Source: an uncultured Acidobacteriota bacterium (GTDB taxonomy: Bacteria > Acidobacteriota > Vicinamibacteria > Vicinamibacterales > UBA2999). Taken from it: 64,000 bases of DNA. The notes beneath the pieces were generated by a model. The model was given only the letters and a program-made list of their open reading frames with translations, made no database searches and was not told the origin of the DNA. Below are positions 13,202 through 22,209 of this stretch, piece after piece. Position 1 is the first letter of the stretch; each line of letters begins with the position of its first letter. The position numbers were made by a program, and so were the translations under genes. The stretch covers positions 421,645-485,644 of the forward strand of contig CAVYVZ010000008.1 in NCBI GenBank assembly GCA_963772065.1, read 5' to 3'.

Positions 13202-13259
13202 GTCTTTCGCCCATGATAGTGCGAAGCTAAAATGGGTGGCGGCGACAAGGGTGACGAAG

Positions 13260-14018
13260 ATGCTCAAAAAGGCAATCGTAGGTCTTGCCACCGGCGCACT
13301 GCTCTCGACGTCGTCGACTGCGACGGCTCAAGTCCGGGGAGAAGGGCCTACTCCTTCGGAAGGCGCATGTTTCTACCGGGACGCCAACTACCGAGGCCAG
13401 TACTTCTGCGTCGCGGCCGGTGACGAGCTGAGTACCATGCCGTCGGGCGCGAACGACCGCGTGTCCTCGATCAGACTCTTCGGCAGAGCGGAGGTCACGG
13501 TCTTCGAGGATGTGCGGTTCCGGGGGGAATCGCTGCGATTCGATTCCGACGTGCGTGACCTGCAGAGCGAAAACTTCAACGACGCGATCTCGTCCATCCA
13601 GGTCGAGCGCAAATCGTTTGGCGGCCGCCGCGGTCGCGGCAACCAACAATCATCCGGTTCGCAGGGGAGTCCGGAGCTGATCGTTCGGCGCGCGTATCAA
13701 GACATCCTCGAACGGGATCCCGATCCGGCTGGCATGCGCACCTACCGCAGCCACATCATCGATGACGGGTGGACCGAGCAGGATGTCCGCGACGCCCTCC
13801 GGAAGAGTCCCGAGTACCGGGAAAAGACCACCATGACGCGGGCGAAAGCGGAAGAGATCGTCCGACAGGCGTATCTCTCCGTGCTCAAGCGGGAACCGGA
13901 CCCGGCGAGCCAGCGTTACGTGAACAACGTAATGCGCGACAAGTGGACACAGCAGGACGTGGAACGCGAGCTCCGCAAGAGTCCTGAATACCGCAGCAGA
14001 AAGCCCTCGGACTTCTAA
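13260..14018 (+). CDS. Secreted beta/gamma-crystallin-like (peptidase inhibitor I36-like) protein with two C-terminal helical repeats (DUF4214-like)
   Basis: Signal peptide; GACFYRDANYRG...NDRVSSIR...FEDVRFRG...NDAISSI; two repeats IVRxAY..L.R.PDP...W.xQDV...LRKSPEYR. Confidence 0.75.
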   Translation: MLKKAIVGLATGALLSTSSTATAQVRGEGPTPSEGACFYRDANYRGQYFCVAAGDELSTMPSGANDRVSSIRLFGRAEVTVFEDVRFRGESLRFDSDVRDLQSENFNDAISSIQVERKSFGGRRGRGNQQSSGSQGSPELIVRRAYQDILERDPDPAGMRTYRSHIIDDGWTEQDVRDALRKSPEYREKTTMTRAKAEEIVRQAYLSVLKREPDPASQRYVNNVMRDKWTQQDVERELRKSPEYRSRKPSDF

Positions 14019-14023
14019 CCAAG
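13970..14023 (+). repeat. 54-bp direct repeat, left copy
   Basis: GCTCCGCAAGAGTCCTGAATACCGCAGCAGAAAGCCCTCGGACTTCTAACCAAG matches 15009-15062 with 2 mismatches. Confidence 0.92.
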
Positions 14024-14089
14024 CGAGTTGGGGCGAGGGGACAGCGAGCGAGTAACATATCGGCGTTTTCCCCGATCCAGGAGCGCCGC

Positions 14090-14539
14090 ATGTCTGTTGT
14101 TCGTAACGATCCGTATTCCGCACTCAATTTCCACGTGGTCATCGCCGGGGTGTTCGATGATGGCCAGGCGATCCGTGGTTCGTTCGCCGAGGTGTCCGGA
14201 CTGGATGTCGAAATTTCGCCGATCGAGTACCGGAATGGCTCGGAGGACATCACCGTCCGCAAGATACCGGGCCTGAAGAAGTTCTCCAACATCATCCTCA
14301 AGCGGGGTGTAATCGGCGACCTTGCCTTCTGGACGTGGATCAAGTCGGTGCTCGACGGGAACGTGCAGCGCGCCGACGGCACGATTACGCTGCTCGACGA
14401 GAGTCGCCAGGCAGTGATGCAGTGGAGATTCCGCCGCGCGTGGCCGTGCCGCTGGACCGGCCCGACGCTGAACGCGAAGAACAATGAGGTCGCGATCGAA
14501 ACGCTCGAGATCTGTCATGAAGGACTTGACGTCGAGTAG
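14090..14539 (+). CDS. Phage tail tube protein (T4 gp19-like, Afp1/Afp5 eCIS tube family)
   Basis: RNDPYSALNFHV...GSFAEVSGL...IEYRNG...RKIPGLKKFSNIILKRG...FRRAWPCRWTGPTLNA...VAIETLEICHEG. AGGAG ribosome-binding site. Confidence 0.9.
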   Translation: MSVVRNDPYSALNFHVVIAGVFDDGQAIRGSFAEVSGLDVEISPIEYRNGSEDITVRKIPGLKKFSNIILKRGVIGDLAFWTWIKSVLDGNVQRADGTITLLDESRQAVMQWRFRRAWPCRWTGPTLNAKNNEVAIETLEICHEGLDVE

Positions 14540-14551
14540 CGAAGGCGCGCG

Positions 14552-15004
14552 ATGATGGCCCGTCGACCTACATCACGCAAAGCTGCTCCACGCAAGAGGC
14601 CAGCCGCTGGCCCGCCTCCGCGCTCGGTGCCTTCCGGGTTCCGGTCCGCGGAGGTCGTGCTCGATGTCGAAGTCGAGCGCGATCGGGTGCACCTCATCCT
14701 GACAAATTGCGGCGACGCCGTGGCGACCGAGATCCACGTCGAGTTTTCGCGCGCGCTCATCGGCATCGGCGGCTCGCTCGGCGTCTCTGGTTTGCCGGTC
14801 TTCAAACACCTGGGCGTGCTCCGGCCCGGACGCGCGCTACGTATCTTCTGGGACGCTGCTCCCACGCTGCTCGCGCGCCGCGGTGAAACCGCTCCATTCG
14901 TCGCGACCGTCTCGTGGAACGAGCGGTTGCGCCCCCGCCAGCGCGCCGAGTATCACCACGATCTGTCGATCTACCAGCAATGGCCCGAGTGTCTCGAACC
15001 GTAA
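14552..15004 (+). CDS. Hypothetical protein, beta-rich domain, cotranscribed with the tail tube gene
   Basis: 150-aa ORF 12 bp downstream of the tube gene. Basic N-terminal tail, then EVVLDVEV...LILTNCG...YHHDLSIY. Confidence 0.7.
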   Translation: MMARRPTSRKAAPRKRPAAGPPPRSVPSGFRSAEVVLDVEVERDRVHLILTNCGDAVATEIHVEFSRALIGIGGSLGVSGLPVFKHLGVLRPGRALRIFWDAAPTLLARRGETAPFVATVSWNERLRPRQRAEYHHDLSIYQQWPECLEP

Positions 15005-15008
15005 AAGG

Positions 15009-15062
15009 GCTCCGCACGAGTCCTGAATACCGCAGCAGAAAGCCCTCGGACTTCTAGCCAAG
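15009..15062 (+). repeat. 54-bp direct repeat, right copy (includes the sixA stop codon)
   Basis: GCTCCGCACGAGTCCTGAATACCGCAGCAGAAAGCCCTCGGACTTCTAGCCAAG. Confidence 0.92.
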
Positions 15063-15548
15063 GTCCTTCGGCCGCCAGAGCGCCACCAGCGTCCCACCGG
15101 TCGACGCCTTGAGATCGCGCCAGCGATCGATCGGCAGCACGATCTGCGCAAGGGCGGCGGTCGGCATGTCGGGGTGCTCGCCGGTCAGCCCGGCGATGAT
15201 CCCCTCGAGACCGGGATTGTGGCCAACGATCATCACCGTCTCGGCTTTTGTGTCGGGTACCGTTTGCAGCACCGCGACGATGCTGTCGGGGCTGGCCAGG
15301 TAAAGGCGCGGGTCGAACAGTATCTTTCCTGCGTAGCGGGCCGCTTCTGCAACGGCCTCGGCCGTCAGACGCGCTCGGACGGCGTCGGAGCTGATGATGA
15401 CGTCGGGCGACAGCCTGATCTCACGAACGAGATCGCCCATCCGCGGCGCATCGCGGCGACCACGCTGGTTCAGCGTCCGCTGATGGTCATCGAGCCCCGG
15501 ATCGGCCCAGCTCGATTTGGCGTGTCTGAGAAGCAGAAGGGTCTTCAA
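15054..15548 (-). CDS. sixA: Phosphohistidine phosphatase SixA family
   Basis: LLLLRHAKSSW...DHQRTLNQRG...SSDAVRA...MIVGHNPG...MPTAALA. Confidence 0.88.
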   Translation of the reverse strand: MKTLLLLRHAKSSWADPGLDDHQRTLNQRGRRDAPRMGDLVREIRLSPDVIISSDAVRARLTAEAVAEAARYAGKILFDPRLYLASPDSIVAVLQTVPDTKAETVMIVGHNPGLEGIIAGLTGEHPDMPTAALAQIVLPIDRWRDLKASTGGTLVALWRPKDLG

Positions 15549-15557
15549 CCGAAGCGC

Positions 15558-16550
15558 CTACTTCGGCGTCTTTTTCGCCGACGCGTCGGAAGTTTTCTTT
15601 TCCTGGGCACGGTGGCCACGCAGAATGCCTTCGAGTCCATAGTTGGCCTCGTGACATGCGTATTCGTAGATCTCGCCCTCGCTCCGCCGCGTGGGCAATT
15701 CAATCGTCCATGGACGAGTGAATACGGTGGGGTCGTCTACCGTCACCTGATACATGAGAATGTCAGGCGCAGTACGCCGGAAGCGCTCCACCAGGCGCAG
15801 GTTCTCGGCCGATCCGCGGTAATTCGTCTTCTCGCTGAAATTCGTGGTCTCGACGACGAGCGAGTCGCCTTCCCAGCGTCCAACTGAATCGCCCATCCAG
15901 AAACGGAGAGAAGCCGGTGGGTGCGGTCGGCCGTTCAGCGGGATGATCCGCGCGTCGTGGATCATCTCGGCCAGGATCACCACGTGGTCACGCGTCTGGA
16001 AGATTTGATAGTGGCCGTTGTACACCTGCGGAAGCATCACGGTCGGCAGACCGCGCGTAATGCATCGCTCCCACAGATTTCGGTCCTCCGGGTTGTCAGC
16101 GGGACCGCGCGCCTTCCGGGCTTCGGCGAGCGCGCTCTGTCGCTGCTGCGCCTGCGGCGTCAGCGACGGCACGCGGCCGTCGGATGGATCGATGATGAGC
16201 GCCGTACGCCGCGTCGGCACGACCCGCGTTCCGCTGTCCCACCAGAAGTCGTTGTAGGCGCGCCCGACGTCCACTTCAGCGCCGCCATCCCGCCGATCAC
16301 GGTTCGTGCGCTCGAGCGTCCGCCGCTCGAAGTCCGCCGCTTCCTCTTCGGTGAAGAATTCCTTTCCGGCGAGGTCGATGGGCCGCTCGAGTGGCGTAAT
16401 CGTCGCCGTCGACCACACGCCCTGAAGGTCTGGGTGATTCCACGGCGTCCGTGGAACACGCCACGTCTGGCCGGAGGCGAGACCCGGCTGCAACCCTGCG
16501 AGAGGCCCCAGCACGAGCAGAATCACCCACGCCGGTACGAAGCGAGCCAT
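15558..16550 (-). CDS. Secreted conserved hypothetical protein
   Basis: Signal peptide; PRTPWNHPDLQGVW...ERCITRG...GDSVGRWEGDSLVVET...YEYACHEANY. Confidence 0.8.
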   Translation of the reverse strand: MARFVPAWVILLVLGPLAGLQPGLASGQTWRVPRTPWNHPDLQGVWSTATITPLERPIDLAGKEFFTEEEAADFERRTLERTNRDRRDGGAEVDVGRAYNDFWWDSGTRVVPTRRTALIIDPSDGRVPSLTPQAQQRQSALAEARKARGPADNPEDRNLWERCITRGLPTVMLPQVYNGHYQIFQTRDHVVILAEMIHDARIIPLNGRPHPPASLRFWMGDSVGRWEGDSLVVETTNFSEKTNYRGSAENLRLVERFRRTAPDILMYQVTVDDPTVFTRPWTIELPTRRSEGEIYEYACHEANYGLEGILRGHRAQEKKTSDASAKKTPK

Positions 16551-16606
16551 ACACAACTCCTCAGCGAAACGCGGTGTTTCGGCCGACTATCCGGATGTGA
16601 CGGTCG

Positions 16607-18307
16607 TCAGCCATCCGTGCGGATCATAGGATACGAGGGCAACCGTTCGAGACCCACGAGCTTCCAGCCGTCAGCCTGTCGGCGGAAGTGCGTGCGGATT
16701 GGCTGCTTCCACGTCGGGTATGCAGGATTGTCCGCGGAAATCGACACTTCGATGAAGCTGCCGGCGGCGGTCGGCAGGCCGCTCGGCGCGTCGATCGTCG
16801 TCGTGGTGCTCTGCGTTTCGGAAAGCGGCGCGAGTCTGCCCCGTGGCGTTGTCGAACAGCGCCCACGAGGCCCGGTAGGTCACCGCGCCCTTGGCCACGC
16901 CAGCCGCGACGGCCGCGTTCTCGAACGTCAACCGGTTGTTCGCATCCAGCCGAAGGGAGACGATGGGGTTCACCGCCGTCAGGTAGACGCTGGCAATCTT
17001 GTCGCGGCGCTTGATCAGCACGTCGCCAAGATGCTTCTCGGCAACGGGATCGCTGAACTCGCCGGTGTGGACCGCGGCTCTGATCAAGTCGTCGGTGAAC
17101 GCCACGCACCCGTCGCGCCGCCCAGAACGCGTCGTCATCACGCATCTCCACATAGGCCGGCGTCGGGATCTGAGGCCGCCACTTCCGGGGATCGAATCGA
17201 TCGCCCTCGAACTTGCCGATCGACGGATATTCGACGTAATCGATCGTCTGCCACGGGCTCAGCGCAAAACCGAAGGAGAAGAAGCGCTTTCGCGTCGTGT
17301 CTCCCTGATAGAAGTGCTCGTAGCTGAGGTCCCATTCGTGCAGGTCGTTGTTGAGGCCGAAGGTCGAGCCGACGTCCTGCAGATAGTGCTTCACGACCGT
17401 GCGGCCATTCGACGTTGCCAGAGCGTCGAGCGTGTTTGCCGCCTTCCAATCCGTGAGGTTCGTCCACGCCCCGAAGACGCGCAATGCGCGGAGCTCGCGG
17501 CGATGCTCGTGCGGGACGATGTCGTTGGGATCGTCGGGACGAGTGCCGGAATAGAGGAAATTGCCCAGGATCTTGCCGGGGATCAGTCGGCCGGCGACGA
17601 CGCGATAGGTGCCGTCCTGGCTTCCGCGCGACCCTTTCGAGGATGTGGTTGATATCGTCCGGAAGTGAACGGCGTCCGCGCGCCGGACGGACGACGCAGC
17701 GTCGCCTTCGGGTCGAATTCGACGCGCTTCGGATCGAACGTCGTCAGGAACGATTCGACCTGGTTGTAGCCAAACGCCCAGAAGATCTTGCTCGCGATCT
17801 CCACGACCGACGTCGCCCCTTCCGGAAAATACGGGGGATCGAACTGGAGGAACCAGGTCTCGCCTTTGCCATCCCGCGCCGTGAAGCCGGGGTGAACGCC
17901 CGACGTCTTTTCCCTGATCACCACCCACTTTGACGGGTCGGGCGGCGCGCCGACGTTGGGTCCGCGCACCAGCTCTTCGGCCGTGACCGTGGTCGTGCCG
18001 ATCCGGTTCGTGAACCAGCTCGAATCCGGCACCTCGTCGATCGTGTTGATGTTCTGTGCGCGCGTGCCGGATGGCTTGTCGCCGGAGACGACGAACAGGT
18101 CGTAGATCTGCTCGTACAACTGCTGGACGAAATGGGGCTGCAGCGTTCGACGCATCCTGTGACTCAGGTTCGCGGGCAATCGGGTCGTCGTCATAGAAGC
18201 GCGGCGTCTGGGTCGAGACGACGCCGGCGAACAGGACGAGCGCGGCGGCGACCAGAACAAGCGCCGACGCCGCGCAGGATGCGTGTCGTGAATGATGATG
18301 TCCGCAT
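16607..18307 (-). CDS. Exported hypothetical protein with protein-kinase-like motifs; several frameshifts
   Basis: Joined from ORFs 17583-18260, 16624-17928 and 16671-17153. Motifs DEVPDSSWFTNR, AWTNLTDWKAANTL, YLQDVGSTFG and DDAFWAAR. Confidence 0.7.
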
Positions 18308-18318
18308 GAGAGGCAACC

Positions 18319-19530
18319 TCAGAAGACAGCGGAAGTCGCGACGACGAGGATCAGTCCGTCACTGCCCTTGGCCAACTCGACGCGGAGCGGCGTAAAGAAG
18401 GGGCCGTGAAAACGGAGTCCGAAGCCGTAGTCGTGCTTCATCCCGTCGAAGTCGAGATCGGACCTGCGCGCGGTCACCTTTCCGGCGTCGAAAAACACCG
18501 CCGAGTCGAGATAGCGGCTCGCCATGATGCGCCACTCCCCCTGAAGCAGCAGGCTGTTGCGATCGCGGAACCGCAGGCTCGTATAGCCCCGCAGCGTCGA
18601 GCTGCCGCCGAGGGTGGGCAGCATGAAGAACGGGATCTGCTGATCGCTCTTGTCGACCGTGGTGACGGCGCGTGCGCGGAAGGAGAAGGCCCAGGTTTCG
18701 CGCAGGACAGGAAAGTGCTGGATAAGCTCGTACTCGACCTGCTGGAAGCCGAACGCCTTGTCCCTGTCGTTGTAGTCGTGCCCGGTGATGCGGTAGTAGC
18801 CCCCCCGTCGCGAATAACCGGGTGAGGTGCGCCAGTCGAAGCCAACCGTGGCCTGCGTGTGCACGTAGGTGGGGTCGGCGCCAAGACCGGGCAGCGTCAC
18901 CGGCGTAAACACAGTGTCGACCGACGGAAAGCGGCCGAGACCGGGTTCCTGCGACCACCTCGTCCACTCGACGCCTCCTCGAAGCAGCACATTACGCCGG
19001 GTCGGCCGGAGGGTGAGGAGTCCAGACGCGTACGGACGCTTGAATCGGTAGCTCGTACGGTCGTCTTTCGAGCTGTCGATCCCCAGCCCGTAGAAGCCGA
19101 CTTGGGTCGCATCGCGCCAGCCGCCGAGCAAAGACAACTCGCCGCGGCGGTGGAAAAGGCGAGGGGCGACAAACTCGATCTCGGCGCGCTTGTAGTTGGA
19201 CAGCGAATAGCTGCCCCGCACGTCCACGAAGTTGTACGAGCTCACGTGCTGCGCGTAGCCAGCGCCCAAGGCGAAGCCACCGCCCGAATACGCCGATTCG
19301 AAGAACGGGTGCAGGTGCTTGCCTTCGCCGGTCAGGATGCGCTCAATCCTGGCGGCCAGCCGCTCGCCCTTGGTCGGGACGTACGGGCGCAGTGCCTTGA
19401 GCTTTTCCGCTTGCGCCTGCTCGATGACGGCCTGCCGCGTCGTGGGCTCGGGCTGCTGCGCCAGTGCGACGCCCGCGGATCCCGTCAGTGCGACGAATAT
19501 GAATAGACTCGACAACCCAAGACAGCGCAT
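18319..19530 (-). CDS. Omp85/BamA-TamA-like outer membrane beta-barrel protein
   Basis: Signal peptide; LGGSSTLRGY...RFRDRN (VRGF-like loop); YGFGLRF...PLRVELA; C-terminal Phe. Confidence 0.8.
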   Translation of the reverse strand: MRCLGLSSLFIFVALTGSAGVALAQQPEPTTRQAVIEQAQAEKLKALRPYVPTKGERLAARIERILTGEGKHLHPFFESAYSGGGFALGAGYAQHVSSYNFVDVRGSYSLSNYKRAEIEFVAPRLFHRRGELSLLGGWRDATQVGFYGLGIDSSKDDRTSYRFKRPYASGLLTLRPTRRNVLLRGGVEWTRWSQEPGLGRFPSVDTVFTPVTLPGLGADPTYVHTQATVGFDWRTSPGYSRRGGYYRITGHDYNDRDKAFGFQQVEYELIQHFPVLRETWAFSFRARAVTTVDKSDQQIPFFMLPTLGGSSTLRGYTSLRFRDRNSLLLQGEWRIMASRYLDSAVFFDAGKVTARRSDLDFDGMKHDYGFGLRFHGPFFTPLRVELAKGSDGLILVVATSAVF

Positions 19531-19600
19531 GGATGACGTAGGTCCGAGTATACGTGCGCTCCCAGGTGTTATTCGACCACAGCCGCGCCGTTGATGCGGA

Positions 19601-20206
19601 TCAGCGCCGCGCCTGCGTCGAGCTTTGAAAGTTGACGCTGATCCTCGATTCCAGTGTCCCGGGCGCCTTGGGCACCCCATGTAACCAATCTTCCTGACAG
19701 CGGCCGCCCATCACGATCAGATCTCCAGATCGAGGTGCGAGGGCGACTGAGGGGCCCCCGTGTCTCGGCTTCAACAGAAAGCGGCGTGTGGCCCCAAGCG
19801 TGAGCACGGGAACCACGCAGTACGGTCTGCGACACGAAAACCGATCACGGTGCCAACCCGTGCTGTCGCGCCCGTCGCGATAGAGATTCAGCCACGCGCT
19901 GTCGTAGCCGACCGCGTAGTGCTTGGATAACGCAGCGGCGATCTCGACGAGTTGAGGCGGTGCGTCGCGGAGGTCGCGGTACTCCGCCGTAAGCCTCGGC
20001 TCCAGAAATGTCTGATCGAAGAGTCGTCGCGTGTGCTGTTTCCACGCCACCGCCTTCGCAAGAAGTTCGAGGAGCGTCGAAGGGCCCGACAGCCAGCCGG
20101 GCACCACCTCAATCCACGAATGTGCGTCGAGGATGCTGCGATTCGCAGTGTCAAACGTGCGATCGATCGCGAAATCGCCGCAACTCGTAAATAGGTCTGC
20201 CTGCAA
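19601..20206 (-). CDS. AlkB-family 2OG-Fe(II) dioxygenase
   Basis: EPRLTA...NLYRDGRDSTGWHRD...GDLIVMGGRCQEDWLHGVPK...RISVNF. Probable TTG start after GAGG. Confidence 0.82.
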   Translation of the reverse strand: MQADLFTSCGDFAIDRTFDTANRSILDAHSWIEVVPGWLSGPSTLLELLAKAVAWKQHTRRLFDQTFLEPRLTAEYRDLRDAPPQLVEIAAALSKHYAVGYDSAWLNLYRDGRDSTGWHRDRFSCRRPYCVVPVLTLGATRRFLLKPRHGGPSVALAPRSGDLIVMGGRCQEDWLHGVPKAPGTLESRISVNFQSSTQARR

Positions 20207-20216
20207 GATGGCCTCG

Positions 20217-21061
20217 CTACGCGGGGGCGCGAACAAACCCTCGGCCTCGCCAAAGCCGTAGAAGGTTCGTTCGATCGACCGCCACGTTCCGCGCTGAATC
20301 AATTCGTCAGCGATGTCCCTGACCGATCCGAGTGCTGCCAGCATGGCCGTCTGGCCGATGCTGACTCTGGCGGCACCTGCCGCGAAGAGCTCCCCGGCCG
20401 ACGGTGCGCCAGGCAGCGCCATCAGGCTGAGCGCTCCTCGCAGCTCGCCGGCGAGGCGCGCCACAACCGGGGTGTCGACCAACAGAGGAACAAAGACGAG
20501 ATCCGCACCCGCTCGCAGGTACCGCGTGCCACGCTCCACGGTCATCCCGACCCGGGTGTCGATATCAGCGCCAAGATTGAGCAGAAACGTGTCCGTCCGT
20601 GCGTTGATGACCAGCGGCACACCGCGACGGTCCGCAACCTCTCGCGCCGCGGAAATGCGTACGCACTGCTCGTCGACGCCGAGCAGGGGCGCCGCGCCGC
20701 GGCCGTGAGCGTTGTCTTCGAGGTTGATGCCTACGGGCCCGGCGTCCAAGACGGCCTCAACCGTCTGGGCGACATCAGCGACGCTGGCGCCATACCCAGC
20801 CTCGATATCCGCGCTGACCGGACACGAGACCGCCCTGGCGATCGTCGCCACGGCGCGGATCATGGCATCGCGACCGATCTGCTCCGCGTCCCGAAATCCC
20901 TGGGTATACGCAATGCCGGCGCTCGTGGTGCCAATGGCGGCGAAGCCTGCTTCCTCGAAGATGCGTGCGCTGGCGGCGTCCCACGCGTTCGGCAAGAGCA
21001 GCCGGCCAGCGCGATTCTGCTCGCGAAAACGAGTCGCGAGCGATGCCTGCTCGTCCTGCAT
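20217..21061 (-). CDS. Isocitrate lyase / PEP mutase family protein
   Basis: LLPNAWDAASAR...TTSAGIAY...SADIEAGYG...GINLED...INARTDTF. Reads in frame into AlkB as assembled; one extra C in the C5 run would restore a TAG at 20217-20219. Confidence 0.82.
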
Positions 21062-21072
21062 GCGCGAAGGTG

Positions 21073-21948
21073 TCACGACGTTTCCTGCCAGTGCGCCCGT
21101 AGTTCCTTGTTGAACTCCGCCCAGCGCTCCTCCGGGAAGAAGATCCTGGCCCCCTCGAGCTCCACGCGCCGCCGCGTCCCCGGGATCGTGTTCGCCAACC
21201 AGCGCGACCACGTCACATCGAAATACACGTCATCCGCGCCCCAGACGATGAGCGTCGGCGCCTTCAGCGTCTTCAATCGGCCTTCGATGGCGAGCGTGTG
21301 CTTGTTGTCGAAGGCTGCAAGGAAACGCTGAAAGTCCCGCGTGCGCTGCTCCGTTCTGATCAGAGGACGCAGATACGTTTCGATGGTGTCGTCGCTCACC
21401 CGTTCCGGATGTTCGTATGCTGGCCCCAGCGCTTGCGGCGATCGATAGATGCCCTTGTCCGACAACATCGCGCTGAGCGTTCCCGGCAAGCCGCCATTGG
21501 CTGCCATCGCCAGAAAGGGCTTGAAGGGCTCGGGCGGCCAGTTGTCGTGAGCGTCACAATTGGTGAGCGTGAGGCTGCGCACGCGTTCAGGATGCGAGGC
21601 CGCGAAAATCTGCGCGATGCCGCCGCCGCTGTCGTTGCCGACCAGATCGATTCGCTCAATGCTCAAGGCATCGAGAAACTCGGTGAGCATGTCGGCGTTG
21701 GCCGTCACGGAGACGTCCTGATTGCCGATGATTTCCGTGTCGCCATGCGCGAGCAGATCCACGGCAATGCACCGCCGGATATCGGACAGGTGCGCCAGCT
21801 GATGTCGCCACAGATGTCCGTTCAGCAGCACGCCATGGACGAACAGCGCCACCGGACCTGTGCCCTGCTCGGTACAGGCGATACGGCCCGAGGGGGTCCG
21901 AACACTCCTCTTGATCGTCTTGATCGCCGATGGCTGATTCGCGTGCAT
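21073..21948 (-). CDS. Alpha/beta hydrolase fold protein (dehalogenase / epoxide hydrolase-like, Asp nucleophile)
   Basis: FVHGVLLNGHLW, VDLLAHGDT, LVGNDSGG, PTLIVWGADD, EGARIFFPEE. Confidence 0.85.
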   Translation of the reverse strand: MHANQPSAIKTIKRSVRTPSGRIACTEQGTGPVALFVHGVLLNGHLWRHQLAHLSDIRRCIAVDLLAHGDTEIIGNQDVSVTANADMLTEFLDALSIERIDLVGNDSGGGIAQIFAASHPERVRSLTLTNCDAHDNWPPEPFKPFLAMAANGGLPGTLSAMLSDKGIYRSPQALGPAYEHPERVSDDTIETYLRPLIRTEQRTRDFQRFLAAFDNKHTLAIEGRLKTLKAPTLIVWGADDVYFDVTWSRWLANTIPGTRRRVELEGARIFFPEERWAEFNKELRAHWQETS

Positions 21949-21952
21949 GTAG

Positions 21953-22108
21953 TCAGCCCTTTCTCGGCGCCATCGCGGAAGCGTGTGCTTCCTTCAACTG
22001 TTGGGCACAGTCATCGCAGCAGACCTCGACGGTCTTGCCGCCGATCGTCACTTTGATGGAATTCGCATCCAGCTCGCAGTCGCAAGCCGCACAAGTGCTC
22101 TCTTTCAT
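21953..22108 (-). CDS. 51-aa Cys-rich mini-protein, TRASH/YHS-like metal-binding
   Basis: Below the ORF-track cutoff. MKESTCAACDCELDANSIKVTIGGKTVEVCCDDCAQQLKEAHASAMAPRKG, preceded by GGAGG. Confidence 0.8.
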   Translation of the reverse strand: MKESTCAACDCELDANSIKVTIGGKTVEVCCDDCAQQLKEAHASAMAPRKG

Positions 22109-22209
22109 GACGTCCTCCACTGAACAGCACAACGTTCGGACGTGCGCAGTAGAGCACGCAGGAAGAGAGGGCCGCTTCCAAGATCTTTAGCGGCTGGCTT
22201 GCACAGAAC

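Noticed and set aside
14090-15004. Prophage or complete contractile injection system
   Set aside because: Only a tube gene is present. No sheath, baseplate, spike, capsid, terminase or integrase in the window.
19601-21211. Apparent PEP-mutase/AlkB fusion protein (536-aa ORF)
   Set aside because: The junction has a C5 homopolymer followed by an out-of-frame TAG, a GAGG site and a TTG. One missing base explains the fusion, and the contig is rich in indels.
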